From Oculina patagonica (Eukaryota): a DNA stretch of 64,000 nucleotides. Below are positions 12,584-23,373 of this stretch, piece by piece (position 1 is the stretch's first letter; every line of letters begins with the position of its first letter). The stretch is from assembly GCF_052425735.1 (NCBI RefSeq), contig NC_135771.1:124001-188000 (forward strand), read 5' to 3'. Below the pieces are notes generated by a model. The model saw nothing but the letters and a program-made list of their open reading frames with translations. It searched no databases and was not told the origin of the DNA. The position numbers and the translations under genes were made by a program.

Positions 12584-15500
12584 ATGGATTTAAGCCTGGT
12601 CCTGGTATTTTGTGCTGCGACATTGTCTCTGGTGCACACCAACCATGTCTTGGACTCAGTGCAGCGCAATACACTGCATGCAGACAGTATTATCCAGACA
12701 TCCTTTGGCTTTCGTGACGAACACGGTGAGCAGACGAAAAGAAGCGAGACAAGTTCGATTGTGTCAAGCCCTCAGAAAAAGCGACGAAGTGTGAGCTCTG
12801 ATCCATCCAACCTTAAGCTTGCAGCTTTCAACGTACGAACATTTGGTACCAAGAAAATGGCAACACCAGGTGTGCCAGATATTCTTGTCAAGGTTGGTAT
12901 GTTGTCCTTGCATTTTGTCGATGTTTCAAAAATCTTGGAGAGTGCATCTTACTACAATATAACACTAGCAACACTGGTGGCTCTTGTTTTTTTTTTTTTT
13001 TTTTTTTTTTCGTTTTGATTTTTGTTGTGTGTGTATGGACTCTATCGTTGAATCTCGGAAAGCTTTGTCGCGAGTATCTATACAGTGACGTCACGTGACG
13101 TCTGTTGTAAAAGTAAAATTTGTATCGCTCGCTTGTGAGAAAAAATTCATGTTACTCAAGCCAAAAAGTTGCCTTTTGTTTAGTGATTTTACTGTAACAA
13201 TCGCCTTTCCACGATTTAAATGTAAACACAAAAGTGAAAATATAGCCAATCGAACTTGCAGAGATGTATCTGGAACTGAAGATCCAGAAATTAGAAGTTT
13301 TGCCTTTATGTAGTAGGTTGCATTTCTGGCCTTGGGTTGTGAAAGCGGCAAAAATCGACACGTAAATATAGAAGTAAATAAATGCGTGACATAATTTTAC
13401 GATTTACTATTTTTACTGCTGTAAAGCATCATTTAACTGCTTGCAGTGTCGATTTTTCTGCCAAAACCGAAGTGAACTTGAAATTACTGTCATGCCGCAT
13501 GAACAAGGACCAACAAGCGGTGAGTTCTTAATGGCGGTGACGACAATACATCCCGAATGCCGCGCGGCATTCGGAATTCGTTCGTACCGCTCGCGGTTTC
13601 TGTAGAATGATAAAGACTGCTGGTAGTATATGTTTTTAAGTATTCTTGTCCCATGTGAACTCTTTTTTGACTGCCGTGATATTTGCAGATTATTCTTCGT
13701 TATGATGTCATTCTCATTCAGGAGATCAGAGACGCGTCTGGAAAAGCGATTCAACAGCTGCTGTCCTTGGTAAACAAGTCAGTATACACCAAGTCAAGAT
13801 TAATGTTGTATTTCAATTGCGCGTCAGTTTTTGTGCATGTTAGTGTATTTTTTTTATTCTCCGAATGAATCCTGTAGGTATTCCACCAAAGGTCTGTACA
13901 AGATCACCATGAGCCCGCGACTTGGAAGAACCTCCAGTAAAGAACAATACGCATTCTTGTACAGGTCAGTCCCTGATAGTGCGGGTGATTTGAGTTACAA
14001 TAGCCGACAGGAAAGCAAAGATTTTCCTTCTCCTTGTGTTTATACCTATTCCTAGTGAGGACAGCATAAGGAGAATGAGTGTGTCCGTTTTTCTTATGCA
14101 CTTCTTTTGCTTGTGTTTTTGTTTCCGGGTTAGGGTTGTTTCGATTTGCTTTCTGAATGCTGGGTATCATCTACATTATCAACAAGAGAAGACCTATGCG
14201 TTCTAAGTTCTTATCCTTCAGCGTGTACGTGTTGCGTTCTTCATTAGGTACTGGGTGCAGTAACTAGACATGATCAGGCTTACAACTAAGTATGTCTCAC
14301 TAGCCCGACGAGAGTGGTGACGGATTGTAGTATACGTTTAATGTGTTATGTGGCTTTGATTACTTTAGGAAGGACGTTTTATCTGTTAAACACACCTATG
14401 TTTACGATGACGGGAAAGAAGAGCTAAAAACAGACACATTTGAAAGAGAACCGTACATTGTGCACTTTACTTCCACTCGAACTAGTAAGTAAATATCTCG
14501 CATTTCTGTCTTGAAGGAATCCTTAGAAAAGATAGAAAATACCATGTTATTAGCCGTTTAAGTGCGAGTATGTATCGAAAAGACTGCGCCTTGATGTCAT
14601 TGTAGAATAACAATTTTCATTTGCGATCTTAACTTGTGGTAAATAATACAACTTTCACTAGGAAGATAACTTATAACTGACTCCAAAGCGTTCGAGGTTT
14701 TCTCCCTTAAAAGTTAAGTTTTAACCTTTTAAGCCGTGTTTTTAATTAAAAATGGCTGAACTGTAACTGGGTTAATTTGTGCGGTGGTTACAAAATAATC
14801 CTTGCTTTTCGTGTCTTTATCTTCAGATCTAACCGATTTCGTACTCGTCGCTATCCATACATCTCCGTCCAAAGCTAATCAAGAAATCCACGAGCTTGCC
14901 GCTGTGTATGATGACGTCACCAAGAAGCTTGCCATCACAAATGTGATCATTCTCGGTGACTTAAACGCCGCCTGCAGTTATATGAGTGACAGTGATTGGA
15001 AGACCAACCGTTTGGCTAATGACAATCGATTTCATTGGCTCATTTCTGACTGTGTTGACACCACTGTGACTGGAGGGCACTGTGCATATGATCGGCAAGT
15101 AATTTAGGTTTTTGTTGGATGACAGCTAAGTTTTTTCGTGAGAGCGGAGTTCATGCAGCGCCGGTAAAAATAATCCAGTCTCAGAGTAGGGGTGTGGGTG
15201 GGAGGTGTAGTATAAAGCGCTCGTGATGATGACCCACTTCACTCCTCAAATTCATTGGATTAGAAAAGACTATTTTACGCTGTGACAACGAATTTTACTT
15301 AGGGGTGTTCTAGTCCTATTAACTTGTAATTGTTTTGTGATAAAGACGAGTTAGAATCCATTTCTTGTACTGTCATAATGTCTTAATCTTCATCAACGTC
15401 GACTCGTTTCATTTTATCTGTTATTTTTAGATTCGTAGTTGCTGGAGACGCCATATTAGATGCAGTCAGCGAATCAAGTCCAGGAAGCTATAAATATGAT

Positions 15501-16585
15501 GAAGATTTGAACATCAACAAAACTATGGTAAAGACCCTGTAATCTACCGAGTGGCCATTTTTATTCTGTTAACGCGTTTTATATCAAGACTGGCTTTTTT
15601 TTGCTTTTGCTTCAATGTCGGAGTACAATATCCTTTGTTGCAGGGGAACCATCAAAATGGATTTGGAAATAATTTTTAGTAACAAGCCTTAGTAAGGGGA
15701 GTGAAAAGCGGACATTTTTTTATAACGAGCTTTTCTCGTACGATAAAATTAAAGGAAAGAATTGGACGTTGGTACGAGTCTGTCTTGTGTATAGTAACAA
15801 AATGTGATTTTGAGGCGTCTATACACTCTATTTAGAGATCCATTATCTAATAAATTACCGAATGTTGATTAATTTCAGGCATTACTTGTAAGCGATCACT
15901 ATCCCGTTGAAATGCAACTTTACTCAAAAGGTAAGTCTCAGTTCATTTTAGGTTTTTGAATAAACTGATCAATTTCTGTATGTGATATTTGATTCTATTT
16001 GATAGCTTCTTTTTTCCTTACATGGTCAACACGACTAACTTGTGAGGTAAATATCTAGCGCAGATTACTGTTAAAAGTTCACCAAAGACAGACAGGTGAC
16101 GAAAAAATGGAAAGCAAGCCACTTGAGGAAATTATTTTGATTTACCACAACTAACATTATAAAAATGTATGGCAGTAAGTTTGGAATTTGTTTTTTCTTT
16201 TCTGACAGAGTTAGCTAAAGCAATGGCTCAAATATCCAAGGCGGTTGAATACACTTATAAAATGAAGCAGCATCCAAGCTTGAGACGATCTACTGTTTAT
16301 GGAATGAGGAAGAAGAAGGCAATCAAAGATGCAGGATTCAAAGTGGAAACAACATACAGTGTGACGTTCAGCAAAGACTTTAAGAGCTTAAAAGAAGCTA
16401 TGAATGCTATTCGTGTCATAAAAGATAATATGATAAAGGTTAATATGATCTCTTTTGATCAGACTCAAAATGCAGAGTTCCACTTGAATGAAGTATGGGT
16501 AAAGGAAAAGCAAACCGGAACTGTCAAGATTGTTTGTAAAACGTCTCCCCAAACAACTTGCTGGATTGCTCTGTTACAAGACTGA
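12584..16585 (+). CDS. Secreted deoxyribonuclease I-family protein, copy 1 (464 aa predicted)
   Basis: Exons 12584-12892, 13689-13777, 13878-13964, 14369-14484, 14827-15094 (GC donor), 15431-15527, 15879-15930, 16209-16585. DNase I motifs [59 protein letters not shown]. Hydrophobic N-terminal signal peptide. Confidence 0.93.
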
Positions 16586-17173
16586 TGACAAATCGACAGA
16601 ATCATGAACGGATTGTTTTTTAAGTTCTAAGCGATTATTTCCTGCTCTTATTTCGTGGTTCAATTAAAATAAGACTTCTCCGCACTGGCTGACATTACAT
16701 CTTTTTGTAGTATGATATCATAGTTATTATTCCAACTCCCCTTCCTGAAGTCCTTCACCCTACCGATCCCCCCTCGCACTTTGCACCCCTCGCTTATTGC
16801 ACCTCTCACCCCCCCCCCCCCTCCTTCCTCTTCTATCACGTTCATTAAAGAGGCAGCTGATCCTTCCCCTCCCCTCCGTTACGCTTCCCTGAGAGCAGAT
16901 AGAGGTAGGTTAGCACTCATCCCCATACGTCAAACTGACATTCCTCTTTCACATGTTCAGTGATGGCTGCCACTGTCCTTACCGTCCAGTCAACCACTGT
17001 GATGTGGCTGTGCGCATGCGTAAGGTACCAAATTAAGAAATCATCTAAATGCACAAACAAAATGACAATAGAAACTAACCTTTTTTAACAAAAAAAAATA
17101 TCTAAAAATAACACGCAAACTGCGGTGATAAACATTACGGACAAACGCATTGTTAGAAAAAAATAGACCTTTT

Positions 17174-17213
17174 ACTTGACGTTTCGTATGCTTCAACATG
17201 CATCTTCAGAAGC
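17174..17213 (-). ncRNA. Minimal hammerhead ribozyme-like motif of Penelope type (one per unit; copy 2 core at 23965-23996)
   Basis: Minus strand reads gcuu-CUGAAGA-U-GCAUG-uugaag-CAUAC-GAAAC-GUC-aagu. It has the conserved core, a stem II with one mismatch and a 4-bp stem I. Confidence 0.55.
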
Positions 17214-17524
17214 TAGAAGAAACCGTTAAAATGAAAGTACAACTAAATTTAAATTCGAAAAATAACAGGATTGACAGATGACGAAAAACAGATGATGAAA
17301 GAGAAAAATAATAATAAATAAAATACAATGAAATAACGATTTGCACAAAACAAATTGTGCAAACTAGTAAAGATAAAAAATATAACACAAACAGCGGTAA
17401 TGGTTAAAAACATTAACGCTGTTTGTGTTATATTTTTAATCAAGTTAGACAAGTTACGATGGCCTAAAACCGAGAGTCTATATAGTAAAGATACTGAGAT
17501 TTTCGCTGACACATTATCATTCAC

Positions 17525-19024
17525 CAGGCGCGTAGCTGACGTCAATATTTCAAACTCGATGGAGTGTAAAATAACAGGTATTTTTAGTCATAACAACAAT
17601 ATTTCCGGAGTTTTGTTAACTTGATACATTTACATACCGGCTTAGTACACTAAACGTTTTACAAAAGCTTGACGTGTGCTGCAAAGGCATCTCAGGGTAA
17701 AAGCTTAAGCCCCCCACCCCTCGGTTCCACCGTCAATGTACTAAAAGCAGCGTCAAAGCGTCTATATGCACTAAATACACGTATCACCTGGGTCCCCCGA
17801 AATTTTATTCCCCGCCTTTCGTCTATTGATACTCCATTTATCAAATCCCGAACGCCTGTCAAGGAAATATTTTTCAACGATGGGATTATTTTTTGCGGGC
17901 CCAAGAGAGGCCCGCAACCCTAATCTTGACAGTGACCAGCGGATTGCGTTTTACGCGTGCGCGCCACGTTAATAAAAAGCGAACAGAAAACGGAAGTTGA
18001 AAATTTTGTTCTTCCACTAAGAACGATCGGAATGCGAAAAATGTGTCAATCACGACAGTTTGTCGTAACACCGGAAGAGAAAATCTGTTCTCCAAGAACA
18101 ATTGTCATTCTGTCACATGAAAGATTGCAAACATTACAATTTGCAGACGTGTTTTACGGGTGTTGCTTTTGCGAAAATTTGCTCTGATTGTATCACGCAT
18201 AAACCACGGCAAAGCAGATGATTCCAAAAACGGTTTTTCTCGAGAAATTCGTTATAACACTGACAACATAGCGAGTTTATCAACCGAGGAAAATCACATC
18301 TCAATTCACACCGCGTGTCCGACTACAGTTCACTAAACTGTCAATCCGACAAAAGACAACTCTGACTGGTTCGCGGCCGGTTAGCGGCAATTAAGCGTGA
18401 TTTATCATTAATCGCGCCACGTTAATAAAAGGCGAGCACAACATAGCGAGTTTACCGATTGAGAAAAATCACATCTCAATTCACACCGCGTGCTCGATTA
18501 CACTTCCCAAAACGATAAAAACACGCATTCCTTGCGTGACGCGTTACTCGGGATAATTGTCTTTTGTCCATTTAATCATTTATTTATCGACACTGCCATC
18601 TAAAATTACTCACTCTCGTACCAGTACCTTTTCTAAGTGCGTCAAGGCCCGCACTTTCTAACCTGTGGTTACCACTAGTACTACATATAATACTAGGTCA
18701 CTAGGATATATTGAGGCCACTTACTAACTAATTCACTACAGGACTATTCGTAAAGCAAACTTGACAATTGCATCATCCTCGGGTGAAGGCCTTGAAATAG
18801 ATTGATAATTTCGTCCAGATCGACAGGCATACTGATACTTGATATGCATGAGAGCCAGTGAGGAGAGCCCATTCTCCTTACAATTTAATACTTTCCCGAT
18901 ACTTTTAGCGTTTTCTTGCAGGGTAATGTAAACGCTGCGACACTGCGACGTTTCCCATTCCCCCACTATTTGCTAAAGGCTGAAAATCAACAGTTTGTGT
19001 TTTCAGTCCTCCATTATTGACCTC
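17525..19024 (-). mobile_element. hAT-derived non-autonomous element truncated by the array junction (also 24312-25811, 31097-32596, 37884-39383)
   Basis: Starts CAGGCGCGTAG and lacks the opposite terminus. Contains a transposase C-terminal remnant at ~18745-18880. Confidence 0.75.
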
Positions 19025-19383
19025 TCTGTGATATATTTAACGTTCTTTTTAAAATGACCACCACCACCACCAACAACAACTTTTTTCGTACCCAAATTAA
19101 AATTAGATATGCATCTATATTAAGACATAGTATTCAGAATTTCTAGATCAAAACAACGATAAAGACAAAGTTTACGCGATCAAGTTTGTATAGTCCCGTC
19201 TGAAGTAGAACCTCTGAGATTCTGTTTGTTTTTCTTACTGGCGTACTTTTCTTGAAAAGTAATGTGATATTTTCGTTTTAATTTTACGTCAATCATAAGA
19301 GGCCCCGTGGGACTTATTTATGTATAAAACGCGTTTGGTTCGTTAGGACAGCTTTGTTCATGTGGGTTGTTGGTGAGGGTAAA

Positions 19384-22300
19384 ATGGATTTAAGCCTGGT
19401 CCTGGTATTTTGTGCTGCGACATTGTCTCTGGTGCACACCAACCATGTCTTGGACTCAGTGCAGCGCAATACACTGCATGCAGACAGTATTATCCAGACA
19501 TCCTTTGGCTTTCGTGACGAACACGGTGAGCAGACGAAAAGAAGCGAGACAAGTTCGATTGTGTCAAGCCCTCAGAAAAAGCGACGAAGTGTGAGCTCTG
19601 ATCCATCCAACCTTAAGCTTGCAGCTTTCAACGTACGAACATTTGGTACCAAGAAAATGGCAACACCAGGTGTGCCAGATATTCTTGTCAAGGTTGGTAT
19701 GTTGTCCTTGCATTTTGTCGATGTTTCAAAAATCTTGGAGAGTGCATCTTACTACAATATAACACTAGCAACACTGGTGGCTCTTGTTTTTTTTGTTTTT
19801 TTCGTTTTGATTTTTGTTGTGTGTGTATGGACTCTATCGTTGAATCTCGGAAAGCTTTGTCGCGAGTATCTATACAGTGACGTCACGTGACGTCTGTTGT
19901 AAAAGTAAAATTTGTATCGCTCGCTTGTGAGAAAAAATTCATGTTACTCAAGCCAAAAAGTTGCCTTTTGTTTAGTGTTTTTACTGTAACAATCGCCTTT
20001 CCACGATTTAAATGTAAACACAAAAGTGAAAATATAGCCAATCGAACTTGCAGAGATGTATCTGGAACTGAAGATCCAGAAATTAGAAGTTTTGCCTTTA
20101 TGTAGTAGGTTGCATTTCTGGCCTTGGGTTGTGAAAGCGGCAAAAATCGACACGTAAATATATAAGTAAATAAATGCGTGACATAATTTTACGATTTACT
20201 ATTTTTACTGCTGTAAAGCATCATTTAACTGCTTGCAGTGTCGATTTTTCTGCCAAAACCGAAGTGAACTTGAAATTACTGTCATGCCGCATGAACAAGG
20301 ACCAACAAGCGGTGAGTTCTTAATGGCGGTGACGACAATACTTCCCGAATGCCGCGCGGCATTCGGAATTCGTTCGTACCGCTCGCGGTTTCTGTAGAAT
20401 GATAAAGACTGCTGGTAGTATATATTTTTAAGTATTCTTGTCCCATGTGAACTCTTTTTTGACTGCCGTGATATTTGCAGATTATTCTTCGTTATGATGT
20501 CATTCTCATTCAGGAGATCAGAGACGCGTCTGGAAAAGCGATTCAACAGCTGCTGTCCTTGGTAAACAAGTCAGTATACACCAAGTCAAGATTAATGTTG
20601 TATTTCAATTGCGCGTCAGTTTTTGTGCATGTTAGTGTATTTTTTTTATTCTCCGAATGAATCCTGTAGGTATTCCACCAAAGGTCTGTACAAGATCACC
20701 ATCAGCCCGCGACTTGGAAGAACCTCCAGTAAAGAACAATACGCATTCTTGTATAGGTCAGTCCCTGATAGTGCGGGTGATTTGAGTTACAATAGCCGAC
20801 AGGAAAGCAAAGATTTTCCTTCTCCTTGTATACCTATTCCTAGTGAGGACAGCATAAGGAGAATGAGTGTGTCCGTTTTTCTTATGCACTTCTTTTGCTT
20901 GTGTTTTTGTTTCCGGGTTAGGGTTGTTTCGATTTGCTTTCTGAATGCTGGGTATCATCTACATTATCAACAAGAGAAGACCTATGCGTTCTAAGTTCTT
21001 ATCCTTCAGCGTGTACGTGTTGCGTTCTTCATTAGGTACTGGGTGCAGTAACTAGACATGATCAGGCTTACAACTAAGTATGTCTCACTAGCCCGACGAG
21101 AGTGGTGACGGGTTGTAGTATACGTTTAATGTGTTATGTGGCTTTGATTACTTTAGGAAGGACGTTTTATCTGTTAAACACACCTATGTTTACGATGACG
21201 GGAAAGAAGAACTAAAAACAGACACATTTGAAAGAGAACCGTACATTGTGCACTTTACTTCCACTCGAACTAGTAAGTAAATATCTCGCATTTCTGTCTT
21301 GAAGGAATCCTTAGAAAAGATAGAAAATACCATGTTATTAGCCGTTTAAGTACGAGTATGTAGCGAAAAGACTACGCCTTGATGTCATTGTAGAATAACA
21401 ATTTTCATTTGCAATCTTAACTTGTGGTAAATAATACAACTTTCACTCGGACGATAACTTATAACTGACTCCAAACCGTTCGAGGTTTTCTCCCTTAAAA
21501 GTTAAGTTTTAACCTTTTAAGCCGTGTTTTTAATTAAAAATGGCTGAACTGTAACTGGGTTAATTTGTGCGGTGGTTACAAAATAATCCTTGCTTTTCGT
21601 GTCTTTATCTTCAGATCTAACCGATTTCGTACTCGTCGCTATCCATACATCTCCGTCCAAAGCTAATCAAGAAATTCACGAGCTTGCCGCTGTGTATGAT
21701 GACGTCACCAAGAAGCTTGCCATCACAAATGTGATCATTCTCGGTGACTTAAACGCCGCCTGCAGTTATATGAGTGACAGTGATTGGAAGACCAACCGTT
21801 TGGCTAATGACAATCGATTTCATTGGCTCATTTCTGACTGTGTTGACACCACTGTGACTGGAGGGCACTGTGCATATGATCGGCAAGTAATTTAGGTTTT
21901 TGTTGGATGACAGCTTAGTTTTTTCGTGAGAGCGGTGTTCATGCAGCGCCGGTAAAAATAATTCAGTCTCAGAGTAGGGGGGTGGGTGGGAGGTGTAGTA
22001 TAAAGCGCTCGTGATGATGACGCACTTCACTCCTCAAATTCATTGTATTAGAAAAGACTATTTTACGCTGTGACAACGAATTTTACTTAGGGGTGTTCTA
22101 GTCCTATTAACTTGTAATTGTTTTGTGATAAAGACGAGTTAGAATCCATTTCTTGTACTGTCATAATGTCTTAATCTTTATCAACGTCGACTCGTTTCAT
22201 TTTATCTGTTATTTTTAGATTCGTAGTTGCTGGAGACGCCATATTAGATGCAGTCAGCGAATCAAGTCCAGGAAGCTATAAATATGATGAAGATTTGAAC

Positions 22301-23373
22301 ATCAACAAAACTATGGTAAAGACCCTGTAATCTACCGAGTGGTCATTTTTATTCTGTTAACGCGTTTCATATCAAGACTGGCTTTTTTTTGCTTTTGCTT
22401 CAATGTCGGAGTACAATATCCTTTGTTGCAGGGGAACCATCAAAATGGATTTGGAAATAATTTTTAGTAACAAGCCTTAGTAAGGGGAGTGAAAAGCGGA
22501 CATTTTTTTATAACGAGCTTTTCTCGTACGATAAAATTAAAGGAAAGAATTGGACGTTGGTACGAGTCTGTCTTGTGTATAGTAACAAAATGTGATTTTG
22601 AGGCGTCTATACACTCTATTTAGAGATCCATTTTCTAATAAATTACCGAATGTTGATTAATTTCAGGCATTACTTGTAAGCGATCACTATCCCGTAGAAA
22701 TGCAACTTTACTCAAAAGGTAAGTCTCAGTTCATTTTAGGTTTTTGAATAAACTGATCAATTTCTGTATGTGATATTTGATTCTATTTGATAGCTTCTTT
22801 TTTCCTTACATGGTCAACACGACTAACTTGTGAGGTAAATATCTAGCGCAGATTACTGTTAAAAGTTCACCAAAGACAGACAGGTGACGAAAAAATGGAA
22901 AGCAAGCCACTTGAGGAAATTATTTTGATTTACCACAACTAACATTATACAAATGTATGGCAGTAAGTTTGGAATTTGTTTTTTCTTTTCTGACAGAGTT
23001 AGCTAAAGCAATGGCTCAAATATCCAAGGCGGTTGAATACACTTATAAAATGAAGCAGCATCCAAGCTTGAGACGATCTACTGTTTATGGAATGAGGAAG
23101 AAGAAGGCAATCAAAGATGCAGGATTCAAAGTGGAAACAACATACAGTGTGACGTTCAGCAAAGACTTTAAGAGCTTAAAAGAAGCTATGAATGCTATTC
23201 GTGTCATAAAAGATAATATGATAAAGGTTAATATGATCTCTTTTGATCAGACTCAAAATGCAGAGTTCCACCTGAATGAAGTATGGGTAAAGGAAAAGCA
23301 AACCGGAACTGTCAAGATTGTTTGTAAAACGTCTCCCCAAACAACTTGCTGGATTGCTCTGTTACAAGACTGA
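19384..23373 (+). CDS. Secreted DNase I-family protein, copy 2
   Basis: Same exon structure as copy 1, with reading frame intact. One amino-acid change seen (KITMSP to KITISP). Confidence 0.92.

Noticed and set aside
17206-18187. Recurring 60-98 aa ORFs in each unit read as additional genes
   Set aside because: They lie in AT-rich hairpin and transposon DNA, have no recognisable motifs, and recur only because the unit is duplicated.
12222-19022. The whole 6.8 kb unit as a Helitron or virus-like element
   Set aside because: No Rep/helicase, integrase or capsid ORF and no 3' CTRR end; the junction is explained by 2-bp microhomology.
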